Assembly: GCA_002269645.1 (NCBI GenBank)
Contig: NIVC01000577.1
Location: 1 to 64,000 of the forward strand
Direction of reading: 5' to 3'
Length of the DNA: 64,000 bases
DNA from: Macrostomum lignano
Taxonomy: Eukaryota
Shown: positions 39,320 to 53,355 of the stretch, piece after piece
How the letters are laid out: the number at the start of each line of letters is the position of its first letter
Numbering within the stretch: the first letter of the stretch is position 1
Translations under genes and position numbers: made by a program
Notes under the pieces: model-generated
What the model saw: the letters and a program-made list of their open reading frames with translations, nothing else
Database searches by the model: none
What the model was told of the DNA's origin: nothing

Positions 39320-40110
39320 GCCCTCTACTTCTCTCTCTCCACTCTACTTCTTTCCCTTCACTCTACTTCTCTCCCTTCACTCTACTTCTCTCTCCCCACT
39401 CTACTTCTTTCCCTTCACTCTACTTCTCTCCCTTCACTCTACTTCTCTCTCCCCACTCTACTTCTTTCCCTTCACTCTACTTCTCTCCCTTCACTCTACT
39501 TCTCTCTCCCCACTCTACTTCTTTCCCTTCACTCTACTTCTCTCCCTTCACTCTACTTCTCTCTCCTCATTCTACTTCTCTCTCCTCACTATACTTCTCT
39601 CTCCTCACTCTACTTCTCTCTCCTCACTCTACTTCTCTCTCCTCACTCTACTTCTCTCCCTTCCCTCTACTTCTCTCCCTTCACTCTACTTCTCTCTCTT
39701 CACTCTACTTTTCTCCCTTCACTCTATTTCTCTCACTTCATTCTACCTCTCTCCCTTCACTCTACTTCTCTCTCCTCATTCTACTTCTCTCTCCTCACTC
39801 TACTTCTCTCTCCTCACTCTACTTCTCTCTCCTCACTCTACTTCTCTCTCCTCACTCTACTTCTCTCCCTTCCCTCTACTTCTCTCCCTTCACTCTACTT
39901 CTCTCTCTTCACTCTACTTTTCTCCCTTCACTCTATTTCTCTCACTTCATTCTACCTCTCTCTCTTTACTCTACTTTTCTCCCTTCACTCTATTTCTCTC
40001 ACTTCATTCTACCTCTCTCTCCTCACTCTACTTCTCTCACTTCACTCTACTTCTCTCACTTCACTCAAATTTTCTCCCTTCACTCTATTTCTCTCTTCTC
40101 CCTCTACTTC
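39320..40110. repeat. Pyrimidine-rich minisatellite, 19-bp unit CTCTACTTCTCTCCCTTCA; the first part is a 57-bp trimer
   Basis: Read directly. Confidence 0.95.
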
Positions 40111-41329
40111 TCTCCTCGCCTCATATCTCTGCTCTCCCTCTTCTCTTCTTTCCCCTCTGTTCTCCTACATAATTTTCTATCTTATCCGTTTTGCGTAGGT
40201 GGTTGTTATTTGGCTTGTAGTAGTGTGACTCGGATCTCGTGATTTTATAGCTTTGATATATTAATCCGATTTATTCATAGTAAACTTTTGAAAATCCCCA
40301 AACTGAGCTGCCATCGTGCACTAACAGCATTATTAATATTTATCTCTCCAGCTTTTCTGAAAAAAACCCGCTGCAATATCGTCTAAACTCCACGGGAAAG
40401 CGGTTCGGATTTTGGGGTGGAAATTTTCGAAAATATTATTTTTTTATTTATCAGGCCAGCCCGGGGGGCGCTAGTGTGTCTATTTTTATCTAACTGATGA
40501 CGAACCTTTGCAGAAAGAAATTTCAAACTTCAGACTGATTAAAGTATTGGTATTCCCACCTGATTTTCCGGGGCTGAAATGGCACAGAAATCTTCAATCC
40601 TCGTTCAGTAGTAGCATATTGGGCCATAGACAACAGGGTTATTTTCAGAACGGCTCGACCGAAATTTAGACCCTCGACCATAAACTATGGAAATGATTCC
40701 ACAGACTAACAGTTATCCAGTGGGCCAAGCAACGAATCTTGCGTTTGATTCACATTGTATACCATGACCTTTTTGCCCTGCGGGTACTTAATCACAGAAT
40801 TCGTCTTGGGGTGGCGGGTATTTGCTGGCAGGTATTGGGGTGGCAGGGTATTGAGGTTGGTGGGTATTTGTGTCTATGGTCATCTATGGTAGTCAGTGGC
40901 TGATCGGAGTAGCAGAAAATGGAATCAAAATTCAGGTTTTTATTATTAATACTCACTCTTTTCTGCACTGTTCTTGTACATTAAACTAAGTCGGATCGAA
41001 GTCGGCAGTTTCAGCCATAGAATGCTGTCTTTATAAAACCGCAAGTATAATCTTATTGTTATTCCTGCAAAACGCTTGTGTTTAACAGCCAATTCTAGCA
41101 AGAGAACCAAAGAACAAAGCCTACTGCAAGTAGTTAGTTTGGAATCTTTTATGAGTCTGTGAAAATAGAAAAAACGAAATAACGATCGAGCTAAGTTGAA
41201 AATTTCCTTTAGTTAATTTCCGTCAGTTAACAAGCGAAAACTATCTCCTTACTATTAGTACGATGATAGGCAAATTGACGTATACTTTTGGTTGAAAAGT
41301 AAATGAGCAAGTTTGTAAGCTGCAGGTAA

Positions 41330-41905
41330 GTGGTGGGTATTTTGGTGAAGGGCATTGGGGGTGGTGGTATTAGGGTGGTGGGTATTAGGGTGGTGGGTAT
41401 TAGGGTGGTGGGTATTGGGGTGGTGGGTACTGGGGTCGTGGGTATTAGGGTGGTGGGTATTGGGGCGGCGGGTATTAGGGTGGTGGGTATTGGGGTGGTG
41501 GGTACTGGGGTCGTGGGTATTAGGGTGGTGGGTATTGGGGTGGTGGGTACTGGGGTCGTGGGTATTGGGGTGGTGGGAGTTGGGTTGATGGGAGTTGGAG
41601 TGGTGGGAGTTGGGGTGATGGGAGTTGGGGTGATGGGAGTTGGGGTGATGGGAGTTGGAGTGATGGGAGTTGGGTGGTGGGAGCTGGGGTGGTGGGAGCT
41701 GGGGTGGTGGGAGCTGGGGTGGTGGGAGTTGGGGTGGTGGGAGCTGGGGTGGTGGGAGTTGGGGTGGTGGGAGCTGGGGTGGTGGGAGTTGGGGTGGTGG
41801 GAGCTGGGGTGGTGGGAGCTGGGGTGGTGGGAGCTGGGGTGGTGGGAGTTGGGGTGGTGGGAGCTGGGGTGGTGGGAGCTGGGGTGGTGGGAGCTGGGGT
41901 GGTGG
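41330..41905. repeat. G-rich minisatellite, 15-bp unit grading from AGGGTGGTGGGTATT to GGGGTGGTGGGAGCT
   Basis: Read directly; 5-aa periodic ORFs. Confidence 0.96.
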
Positions 41906-42832
41906 GTAAATGCGGTTGATTCTACGAAACGGTTGAATGAACAATTATTGGAGACATCGTTACTGCAGAGGGAGATTTCTGCTAAGAAAAAATGCAGTCC
42001 ATTTAACTTGCAGTCCAAGTTAAAGTCCAAACCAATTTTCAGTATCAATCGCGACCATTGCAATCTTAACAACTGCCTTTGCCAATGAAACTTTCACCAG
42101 TAATTATCACCGCATTAGTGCAGAAATCTCTGGAGCGCACATGTAAACTGACCCCATCATAGCCTGCAAATTGAGCATCGGTCGGCTGGGATTCGAGGCA
42201 TCCAGCTAGAATAGAAATTCTATTTTTTCCACTTCAAATCTACGTCGCATAAGGGATCGGGCTGTCAAGGATGGAAGGGTTGGTAGAGGGATAGGCCAGG
42301 AAATGAAGGCGAGCCCGCAGGCTAATGATGGATTATAAAAAATCGCATTCATCATCTATCCAGCAGCCTGTGCCCGCGGTCCCCCAGCTGGCACTCCGCG
42401 GCTGAAAAAGGGGGAAATGAAGGAGGCTTGAAATCCTCATCTCTAAACCGCCTCTCACCGTGTCTTCCATACCTTCCGCCACGCCCCACGACTTGTGGAT
42501 TCCTAGTGCATGTTTATTATACTGCGAACGTAATTGTACGGAATAAACAGAATGAATTCGCGTGCAACATCTCCGTTATTTAGTGTTGCGATGCAGTCCA
42601 TCTCTATTAACATTGTTATCCCTGTGCTTGCCGTCCCCCGCTCAGCCTGCACAGCCATTGGCTAGCAGCAAGACTGCACCAGCCAATCTAAATCGGACCT
42701 GGGGGAAACAGGTCCCACCCCTTCTAGATATAGATATCTATAAGGCTGAAAGAGTCTGCAGTTAGCATTGAACTAGAGACTGCTCACGTGGTTCCCGAAG
42801 CTCAGCTCAGTTCGTCCCGATCCCAAACTCTC

Positions 42833-43135
42833 ATGTCTGACAGGGGAAACGAGAAGCAGCCGCCCCAGCAGGCGAAGGCGGCCGCCTGGGCGCCTCTGCG
42901 CAAACGCTTGGCGGTGATCCGCACCGTCAAACTCTTCTCCAAGGAGCCTCAGGCTGCGGCTGGCGCTCAGGGGGTCAAAGAGGAGCCCGTCGGGCGGGGC
43001 CGGAGTCACCAACTGCTGCATCAGCATCAGCATCATCATTTTCATGACGACGGGGGAGTCTACTGCGGCGGCGACGGCGAGGATAGCGGGGACGATGGCG
43101 AAGGTGACTGCCAGAGCAATGCGCACTTGCTAATG
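42833..43135 (+). CDS. Probable coding exon of an unidentified protein (MSDRGNEKQPPQQAKAAAWAPLRKRLAVIRTVKLFSKE...HQHHHFH...)
   Basis: GC-rich island with an open frame that ends at a strong ATG|GTGAGT donor (43136, phase 0). No recognisable domain. Confidence 0.6.
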
Positions 43136-43171
43136 GTGAGTCCGATTTATTGATTGGATTGATAAAAAGAA

Positions 43172-43340
<169 letters not shown>

Positions 43341-44094
43341 ACATACATACATAATCTATTGGGTTGCCAGCCAGCACTTCCCACAACAAGCATGGGCAGA
43401 GAGCAGAATGCAACAGCAGCAGCAGTGTTGAAAAAAAACTTGTTTAAAAAGCAGCCTTGACAGTCGAGTCACTGTCTGCAGGGCGCGCCCAGACACTACT
43501 GAGCTCTCAATCGGCCAAATTCAGAAGCAAGTACACTACTTCACTTCTTTGCACTTTTGTTATATTCCGCATGGCAAGGAGTAAGGCAGATATGCATTGG
43601 TGACTATTTGACTCAGTCTAAACTGAGACAGAGCGGGGATTGAAGGGAAAATTGAATTCACATTGAATGCAAGCCTATTAAAGTATTGTTTTGTAAAAAT
43701 AATATCTGCTACAGTGTTATTAACAGTTAGAGATTAGCCAATCATGAGGCGGCTCAATTGAGTCAATAAGGTGGTCGTGAGACTGGGCCCAGATGTTGCG
43801 CGCAGTGCTAGTAGTGCAAATCATTGCCCCGCCTTCTGCTTAGTTGCCATCAGTCTTGATCTAAGCTGTCAATCAATAATTTATGACAATGGCTTGCAGC
43901 CTGCGACTGCGGCATCTTCTCTTGTTTTAACTGGCAAGGAGAGTCGGGGAAATATTTGAGAGGGGTCTTGAGTCAGTTGGCTCGGCCGAATATGCAGATC
44001 GATGAGTCACATAATGATGGATTTCGGTGCATAAGCTTGGGCATTGCTTGTCCAATGCTCAGCTGTAGCGATATCTTTAGCACTATATCTCATC

Positions 44095-44810
44095 CTTTTC
44101 ACCCTCCATTTCACACTGTACCTCACTCTCCATCTCACACTGTACCTCACTCTCCATCTCACCCTGTACCTCACTCTCCATCTCACACTGTACCTCACTC
44201 TCCATTTCACACTGTACCTCACTCTCCATCTCACCCTGTACCTCACCCTCCATCTCACCCTGTACCTCACCCTCCATCTCACCCTGTACCTCACCATCCA
44301 TTTCACACTGTACCTCACCCTCCATCTCACCCTGTACCTCACCCTCCATCTCACCCTGTACCTCACCATCCATTTCACACTGTACCTCACTATCCATCTC
44401 ACCCTGTACCTCACCCTCCATCTCACCCTGTACCTCACTATCCATCTCACCCTGTACCTCACTCTCCATCTCACCCTGTACCTCACCCTCCATCTCACCC
44501 TGTACCTCACTATCCATCTCACCCTGTACCTCACTCTCCATCTCACCCTGTACCTCACCCTCCATCTCACCCTGTACCTTACTCTCCATCTCACCCTGTA
44601 CCTCACCCTCCATCTCACCCTGTACCTCACTCTCCATCTCACCCTGTACCTCACCCTCCATCTCACCCTGTACCTCACCCTCCATCTCACCCTGTACCTC
44701 ACCATCCATTTCACACTGTACCTCACTCTCCATCTCACACTGTACCTCACTATCCATCTCACCCTGTACCTCACCCTCCATCTCACCCTGTACCTCACCC
44801 TCCATTTCAG
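44095..44810. repeat. Minisatellite, 24-bp unit CCATCTCACCCTGTACCTCACCCT, about 30 copies
   Basis: Read directly; 8-aa periodic ORFs. Confidence 0.96.
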
Positions 44811-45519
44811 CTTGTACGTCTCCACATTAATTCCAGTGAACTTAGCTGACAGCAAACCCTACTGGGTAATCAATCATATTTTTGTCTCAAAACTAACTAA
44901 ACAGGGTGGACAGAAAGACAGGGGTGGGCAGCAATATTATAGTGGAGATAAATAACTGGTTCTGACGGGGGGAGGCAGTCTATGACAATCCTTTCTGTAA
45001 AAATAAAAGTATATTAGTTATACCTTAGTTAAATTATTATATTAATTTATAGCCAAAGACCTTTACCAGCCAAAGACACTTGAATAGAGCTTTGACTTAT
45101 TAAATTTTCACGCACGCACAGAGGTCCTCTAAAGCTTATTATTGCGACAGTTTGGAAGAGGGAGAGAGAGAAGGGGAGTTGAGAGGTAATGCCGGATGAG
45201 TGACCAACTGAATGGGAATTGAGCATTGTGTGAGTCCCAAGCACGCACACACACACACCCTCAGCAGGTTTACCAAGTGACCTGCCACTCTTATTAACTC
45301 ACTCTGACTCACGGAATCTATCCCAATTTTTTTTACCGAAGAGGAAGGCAGATAGTCGTCTCGTGTATGGAGCTGCTACTCAGAACTTGGACAGTTCGCT
45401 TCGCTGGTTTCATTGAATAGATAGGCGCTGTCAGGCGGGCATCCGTGATTGTGCATTCCGGTCAGCACAATAGTGATCTTGAGAATCAGACAGTATTGCG
45501 AGGAGTGGGTGCGAGCAGG

Positions 45520-45870
45520 AAAGGTGGGTACAGGGGGGAGGCGGGTGCGAGGAGGGAGGAGGGTGCGAGGAGAGAGGTGGGTGAGTGAAGGGAGGTGGGT
45601 GAGAGGAGGAGAGGTGGGTACGAGCTACGAGGAGGAGAGGTGGGTGTGATGAAAGGTGGGTACGAGGAGGGAGGAGGGTGCGAGGAGGAGAGGTGGGTAC
45701 GAGGAGGGAGGCGGGTGCGAGGAGGGAGGTGGGTGAGTGGAGGGAGGTGGGTGAGAGGAGGGAGGTGGGTGAGAGGAGGGAGGTGGGTGAGAGGAGGGAG
45801 GTGGGTGAGTGGAGAGAGGTGGGTGCGAGGAGGGAGGTGGGTGAGTGGAGGGAGGTGGGTGAGAGGAGGG
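45520..45870. repeat. G-rich repeat, about 18-bp unit GAGGAGGGAGGTGGGTGA
   Basis: Read directly. Confidence 0.9.
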
Positions 45871-46769
45871 GCTAGTGCGATAAGGTGAGGAGAGGAGTAT
45901 TCTTCAATGAAATTTCGCAGACAGCAGATTCTAGTCAGACGATATTCAAACTAAAAAGTCCAGACACACTAGGGAGATTTTTTACTTTGAGAGCTCGGGT
46001 TACTCATGTAGCACCAGAAGGTGGGGGTTGTAGATCAGTCTTGCCTACAACTGAAGTAGTTAACAAGAGTAACAAAATCAAAGTAGCACTACTGCAGTGG
46101 CGCCTCAAATTAATGACCCCATCGCCCTTTGCGTACCAACCAGAGTAGCAAGCAGCAGCGGCCTCAGGTGTCTCAAAAAGGGGTAGACACACCGTCTTCT
46201 TCTGCCCACAGTCTCGTTAATTTTTGGACGGACGCAACGAATTGTAGGTATGTTTGCTCTTAGCAGAGTTCCACAGTAAGATTTGGCAAGATTTTCACCC
46301 TCAGGCGGATAGCAGATGACAAACTGCAACATGAAGGTGTGGCAGGGTAGAAGGGCAAAGAAAAGACTGCAGGTTGATAAAGGCTAGGCGGGGGATTGCC
46401 AGTCTCCCTGACGTGGGACATTCGGAACGAGCGCCTTCGACACGACCTCATGTTGGTCGCTGGGGGCCTGAAAATCTTGTTTGACTGACAGGTGCAGCTT
46501 TATGGAATAATAAGCAATACTATTATGTGCGCTGGCTGTAGTACACGCACCTGTGTTAGAGGAATTAATAAGACTTCAACGGAGGCAGGGGTAGCGGTTC
46601 AGAGAGATGGGCAAATGCCAGCTCGCGATAGAGCGTCTCTCACTCTGCTTCCTCTTGATGAAGCTCAGAGTTCGGGTCGGAGAAGAGAGTGGAGAGGCCC
46701 TCTCGGAAGCAGGAAAGAGGGGAGTAAGACTGTGTTGGTGGAGAGCTCAGAGGCCAAGCTAATGATGAT

Positions 46770-49700
46770 GCGGAGTGGAGATGAGAAGGGAGAGTGGAGG
46801 GGAGAAGGGAGAGTGGAGATGAGAAGGGAGAGTGGAGATGAGAAGGGAGAGTGGAGATGAGAAGGGAGAGTGGAGATGAGAAGGGAGAGTGGAGATGAGA
46901 AGGGAGAGTGGAGGCGAAAAGGGAGAGTGGAGGGGAGAAGGGAGAGGGGAGGTGAGAAGGGAGAGGGGAGGTGAGAAGGGAGAGTGGAGGTGAGAAGGCA
47001 GAGGGAAGGTGAGAAGGGAGAGTGGAGGTGAGAAGGGAGAGTGGAGGTGAGCTACGAGGGAGGTAGAGGTGAGAAGGGAGAGTGGAGGTGAGAAGGGAGA
47101 GTGGAGGTGAGAAGGGAGAGTGGAGGTGAGAAGGGAGAGGGGAGGTGAGAAGGGAGAGGGGAGGTGAGAAGGGAGAGTGGAGGTGAGAAGGGAGGGTGAG
47201 AAGGGAGAGTAGAGGCGAGAAGGGAGAGTGGAGGGGAGAAGGGAGAGGGGAGGTGAGAAGGGAGAGTGAAGGTGAGAAGGCAGAGTGGAGGGGAGAAGGG
47301 AGAGTGGAGGGGAGAAGGGAGAGTGAGAAGGGAGAGTGGAGGGGAGAAGGGAGAGTGAGAAGGGAGAGTGGAGGGGAGAAGGGAGAGTGAGAAGGGAGAG
47401 TGGAGGGGAGAAGGGAGAGTGAGAAGGGAGAGTGGAGATGAGAAGGGAGAGTGGAGATGAGAAGGGAGAGTGGAGGCGAAAAGGGAGAGTGGAGGGGAGA
47501 AGGGAGAGGGGAGGTGAGAAGGGAGAGTGGAGGGGAGAAGGGAGAGTGGAGGCGAGAAGGCAGAGTGGAGGGGAGAAGGGAGAGTGGAGGGGAGAAGGGA
47601 GAGTGAGAAGGGAGAGTGGAGGGGAGAAGGGAGAGTGAGAAGGGAGAGTGGAGGGGAGAAGGGAGAGTGAGAAGGGAGAGTGGAGGGGAGAAGGGAGAGT
47701 GAGAAGGGAGAGTGGAGATGAGAAGGGAGAGTGGAGATGAGAAGGGAGAGTGGAGGCGAAAAGGGAGAGTGGAGGGGAGAAGGGAGAGGGGAGGTGAGAA
47801 GGGAGAGGGGAGGTGAGAAGGGAGAGTGGAGGTGAGAAGGCAGAGGGAAGGTGAGAAGGGAGAGTGGAGGTGAGAAGGGAGAGTGGAGGTGAGCTACGAG
47901 GGAGGTAGAGGTGAGAAGGGAGAGTGGAGGTGAGAAGGGAGAGTGGAGGTGAGAAGGGAGAGTGGAGGTGAGAAGGGAGAGGGGAGGTGAGAAGGGAGAG
48001 GGGAGGTGAGAAGGGAGAGTGAAGGTGAGAAGGCAGAGTGGAGGGGAGAAGGGAGAGTGGAGGGGAGAAGGGAGAGTGGAGGCGAGAAGGCAGAGTGGAG
48101 GGGAGAAGGGAGAGTGGAGGCGAGAAGGCAGAGTGGAGGGGAGAAGGGAGAGTGGAGGGGAGAAGGGAGAGTGAGAAGGGAGAGTGGAAGCGAGAAGGGA
48201 GAGTGAGAAGGGAGAGTGGAGGGGAGAAGGGAGAGTGAGAAGGGAGAGTGGAAGCGAGAAGGGAGAGTGAGAAGGGAGAGTGGAGGGGAGAAGGGAGAGT
48301 GAGAAGGGAGAGTGGAGGGGAGAAGGGAGAGTGAGAAGGGAGAGTGGAAGCGAGAAGGGAGAGTGAGAAGGGAGAGTGGAGGGGAGAAGGGAGAGTGAGA
48401 AGGGAGAGTGGAAGCGAGAAGGGAGAGTGAGAAGGGAGAGTGGAGGGGAGAAGGGAGAGTGAGAAGGCAGAGTGGAGGGGAGAAGGGAGAGTGGAGGGGA
48501 GAAGGGAGAGTGAGAAGGGAGAGTGGAGGGGAGAAGGGAGAGTGAGAAGGGAGAGTGGAAGCGAGAAGGGAGAGTGAGAAGGGAGAGTGGAGGGGAGAAG
48601 GGAGAGTGAGAAGGGAGAGTGGAGGGGAGAAGGGAGAGTGAGAAGCGAGAGTGGAAGCGAGAAGGGAGAGTGAGAAGGGAGAGTGGAGGGGAGAAGGGAG
48701 AGTGAGAAGGGAGAGTGGAAGCGAGAAGGGAGAGTGAGAAGGGAGAGTGGAGGGGAGAAGGGAGAGTGAGAAGGGAGAGTGGAGGGGAGAAGGGAGAGTG
48801 AGAAGGGAGAGTGGAGGGAGAAGGGAGAGTGAGAAGGGAGAGTGGAAGCGAGAAGGGAGAGTGAGAAGGGAGAGTGGAGGGGAGAAGGGAGAGTGAGAAG
48901 GGAGAGTGGAGGGGAGAAGGGAGAGTGAGAAGGGAGAGTGGAAGCGAGAAGGGAGAGTGAGAAGGGAGAGTGGAGGGGAGAAGGGAGAGTGAGAAGGGAG
49001 AGTGGAGGGGAGAAGGGAGAGTGAGAAGGGAGAGTGGAGGGGAGAAGGGAGAGTGAGAAGGGAGAGTGGAAGCGAGAAGGGAGAGTGAGAAGGGAGAGTG
49101 GAGGGGAGAAGGGAGAGTGAGAAGGCAGAGTGGAGGGGAGAAGGGAGAGTGGAAGCGAGAAGGGAGAGTGAGAAGGGAGAGTGGAGGGGAGAAGGGAGAG
49201 TGAGAAGGGAGAGTGGAAGCGAGAAGGGAGAGTGAGAAGGGAGAGTGGAGGGGAGAAGGGAGAGTGAGAAGGGAGAGTGGAGGGGAGAAGGGAGAGTGAG
49301 AAGGGAGAGTGGAGGGGAGAAGGGAGAGTGAGAAGGGAGAGTGGAGGGGAGAAGGGAGAGTGAGAAGGGAGAGTGGAAGCGAGAAGGGAGAGTGAGAAGG
49401 GAGAGTGGAGGGGAGAAGGGAGAGTGAGAAGGCAGAGTGGAGGGGAGAAGGGAGAGTGGAAGCGAGAAGGGAGAGTGAGAAGGGAGAGTGGAGGGGAGAA
49501 GGGAGAGTGAGAAGGGAGAGTGGAAGCGAGAAGGGAGAGTGAGAAGGGAGAGTGGAGGGGAGAAGGGAGAGTGAGAAGGGAGAGTGGAGGGAGAAGGGAG
49601 AGTGAGAAGGGAGAGTGGAGGGGAGAAGGGAGAGTGAGAAGGGAGAGTGGAGGGGAGAAGGGAGAGTGAGAAGGGAGAGTGGAGGGGAGAAGGGAGAGTG

Positions 49701-50835
49701 AGAAGGGAGAGTGGAAGCGAGAAGGGAGAGTGAGAAGGGAGAGTGGAGGGGAGAAGGGAGAGTGAGAAGGGAGAGTGGAGGGGAGAAGGGAGAGTGAGAA
49801 GGGAGAGTGGAGGGGAGAAGGGAGAGTGAGAAGGGAGAGTGGAGGGGAGAAGGGAGAGTGAGAAGGGAGAGTGGAGGGGAGAAGGGAGAGTGAGAAGGGA
49901 GAGTGGAGGGGAGAAGGGAGAGTGAGAAGGGAGAGTGGAAGCGAGAAGGGAGAGTGAGAAGGGAGAGTGGAGGGGAGAAGGGAGAGTGAGAAGGGAGAGT
50001 GGAGGGGAGAAGGGAGAGTGAGAAGGGAGAGTGGAGGGGAGAAGGGAGAGTGAGAAGGGAGAGTGGAGGGGAGAAGGGAGAGTGAGAAGGGAGAGTGGAG
50101 GGGAGAAGGGAGAGTGAGAAGGGAGAGTGGAAGCGAGAAGGGAGAGTGAGAAGGGAGAGTGGAGGGAGAAGGGAGAGTGAGAAGGGAGAGTGGAGGGGAG
50201 AAGGGAGAGTGAGAAGGGAGAGTGGAGGGGAGAAGGGAGAGTGAGAAGGGAGAGTGGAGGGGAGAAGGGAGAGTGAGAAGGGAGAGTGGAGGGGAGAAGG
50301 GAGAGTGAGAAGGGAGAGTGGAGGGGAGAAGGGAGAGTGAGAAGGGAGAGTGGAGGGAGAAGGGAGAGTGAGAAGGGAGAGTGGAGGGGAGAAGGGAGAG
50401 TGAGAAGGGAGAGTGGAGGGGAGAAGGGAGAGTGAGAAGGGAGAGTGGAAGCGAGAAGGGAGAGTGAGAAGGGAGAGTGGAGGGGAGAAGGGAGAGTGAG
50501 AAGGGAGAGTGGAGGGGAGAAGGGAGAGTGAGAAGGGAGAGTGGAAGCGAGAAGGGAGAGTGAGAAGGGAGAGTGGAGGGGAGAAGGGAGAGTGAGAAGG
50601 GAGAGTGGAGGGAGAAGGGAGAGTGAGAAGGGAGAGTGGAGGGGAGAAGGGAGAGTGAGAAGGGAGAGTGGAAGCGAGAAGGGAGAGTGAGAAGGAGAGT
50701 GGAGGGGAGAAGGGAGAGTGAGAAGGCAGAGTGGAGGGGAGAAGGGAGAGTGGAAGCGAGAAGGGAGAGTGAGAAGGGAGAGTGGAGGGGAGAAGGGAGA
50801 GTGAGAAGGGAGAGTGGAGGGGAGAAGGGAGAGGA
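46770..50835. repeat. 4-kb purine-rich satellite: 19-bp monomers changing to a 13+19 = 32-bp dimer GAGAAGGGAGAGTGAGAAGGGAGAGTGGAGGG
   Basis: Read directly. Confidence 0.98.
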
Positions 50836-51604
50836 ATCAGAAACGATACTGCAAGCACAATTGGAAAGAGAATAAACAATCAGGCATCTCATTAATAATA
50901 GAAATTCCGCAATTCTGTTAATTCCTCATCTGGCTATTTTCCACGATAAGGCTCTGCTCTCATCTGAATTAGCCCAGGTGATACCAGCCCTATCCTCCGA
51001 GATCCTCAAGAAAGGATGAGCTTAAGAATGCATGAACACTCGCATTGGTACTAGGAATGACTTAAACTGCTCACACATGCGAGGGTACAAGAAAGCAATG
51101 ATGGGAACTCACTTCATTCCTCAGGCATTCCTGCCTGTCTATTTTTTATATTTACTGCATGCCCACCTCATCAACCCAGCCTGTCAGTTTCCGGCTCAGC
51201 TCACGCCAGCACTGAGGGGAGGCCTTCCCACGCCCTTCTTGCCTCTCCATTCTCCTTCTGTATTTCTGCATTCTCGCTTCTTTAACAAAAAAGAGAATTC
51301 TGACTGCAAAGTAGGAAAGTGTAAAAGTTCGCGCGGATCGCTGTCTGGGTCCCGGGAAGACGGGAACTCACAGCAAGGATTAGATGAAGGCTCATAACAG
51401 TGCAATGTCTTAGTCATGGCTTCAGGGCACAGCAGCTGCCAGTCTCCTATGATAACGATCCGACTTTATTGATTCAGGCTTGTGATACTCTCGCTTCCCA
51501 CATGTGCACGCGGTATCAAGTGCTCTCTCCGACTTGTGTTTCATCGGGTTCTGCTGCTCTCAGCTTTTCCTTGTTTGATGCGCTCAAGCATTCCATCTGC
51601 GACT

Positions 51605-51850
51605 CCCCTTGTCCCCTCTCTCTTTCCCTGCTCTCCTTCTCTCCCTCTCTCCCTCTCTCCCTCTCTCCCTCTGTCTTTCTCTCTTCTCCTTTTCTCCTTC
51701 TCTCCACCCCTCCCTCTTTTTTTCCTCCCTCTCTCCCTCTCTCCCTCTCTCCCTCTCTCCCTCTCTCCCTCTCTCCCTCTCTCCCTCTCTCCCTCTCTCC
51801 TCTCTCCCTCTCTCCCTCTCTTGATCTTCTTCTCTCCTTTCTTCCCTCTC
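51605..51850. repeat. CT-rich low-complexity tract (CTCTCTCC)n
   Basis: Read directly. Confidence 0.9.
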
Positions 51851-52964
51851 TTTCACCCTGCAATCCCCTCTCCTATCTCCGTATCCAATCTCACACTCTG
51901 CTTATTGTCTCCCTCGCCCCTCCGTTCCCTGGCTCTACCCTACTATACCACTCTCTTTCGCCTCTCCTCAGCCACCCCTCTCCCGCAAATAATCTTCTCA
52001 ATCGCGCGAAGTACTCAACTTTCTTAGTCTGATTGGCCTGGCTTCGCTGCAACCTTGGTCCATTTTCTGCATTAATACCTCCACCCATCCACCACTATTG
52101 CAACCCCCCCCCACGCCCGATTTGCCGCTAATTGGCTATCAACAGGTGCACAAACACCGCGTTGAAATGGAGATAGAATTCTTCATCTGCTCGGCAGCTG
52201 CAGACTGATTTTATCGCTCGTAGTAAGATTTCTACGAATGCATTATACAGATAGCATGCTTGAATTGTTTAGCCATTTCTGTCAGTAAGTTTGAGGTAAA
52301 GTTGTACTTTATATCCACTAAAATAAAGAATTATAATTTATACACTAATCCGTTTATTATCACACTGCCAGCCATAAGGTATTGGTTGTAGTCGTTAAGC
52401 GTCGTTAACTAAGTTAAGCAGAGTTAGAAGCGGATAGTTGTTTGCAACATTTCTGATGCCTTGTTGTGATAGGGTAGCAGAAGTCCTCACTGTACAAGAT
52501 ACATGCGTATGTACAAGATAGTACTGTAGAAGTTATGTACAAGACAGTACTGTACAAGTATGTACAAGATAGCTCTGTACATGTACAAATATAGAACGGT
52601 ACAAGACGTACACATCCAAACCCTGTCGATGAGCGAGCTCAATTGTTATTTAAAACTGACAAATTGAATCCTTCGAACTGAAGGCCATTTGAAATGCACC
52701 AACAAGTGCAGTAGAAGCAGTCTAATCTGGACCTTTCTAATCAGTCCAATTCTAATGAATCAAATTTTGATAAGACAGAAAATCATGCAATAATATTAAC
52801 CCGTATAAATTGCCACGAGCACAAATATTATGAAGGAGTATTTCTTTAAAAATTAATTTAAAATACAAAGAAATACAATTTTAATTGCTACATATCAGTG
52901 TTATTAGTTTTTGTCACGAAAGGCTGTGTGCGCGTAAAATCAGGTTTAGTGTGCAATAATTGTA

Positions 52965-53135
52965 AGTGTACAGACTCAGGTTCAAGTGTACAGATTTAGT
53001 TCGTGTGTACAGAATAAAGTTCAAGTGTACAGATTTAGTTCGTGTGTACAGAATCAGGTTCAAGTGTACAGATTTAGTTCGTGTGTACAGAATCAGGTTC
53101 AAGTGTACAGATTTTGTTCGTGCGTACAGAATCAG
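52965..53135. repeat. Tandem repeat, 39-bp unit TTCAAGTGTACAGATTTAGTTCGTGTGTACAGAATCAGG, about 4 copies
   Basis: Read directly; 13-aa periodic ORF. Confidence 0.92.
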
Positions 53136-53162
53136 ATCAAGCGTACAGACGACTTAAATGTA

Positions 53163-53355
53163 AACTGACCAGTGCAATGTACACTGACCAGTGCAACGTA
53201 CACTGACCAGTGCAATGTACACTGACCAGTGCAATGTACACTGACCAGTGCAATGTACACTGACCAGTGCAATGTACACTGATCATTTCAATGTACACTG
53301 ACCATTTCAATGTACACTGACCAGTGCAATGTACACTGACCAGTGCAATGTACAT
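53163..53355. repeat. Minisatellite, 19-bp unit ACTGACCAGTGCAATGTAC, about 10 copies
   Basis: Read directly. Confidence 0.93.

Noticed and set aside
39320-40110. Relationship between this 19-mer and the reverse complement of the 46770 satellite monomer
   Set aside because: The shared CTCTCCCTTC is expected from CT-rich composition, and the rest of the units do not align cleanly.
46759-50892. 1377-aa and 1275-aa ORFs
   Set aside because: These are stop-free translations of the CT-rich strand of a satellite, with periodic low-complexity sequence and no domain.
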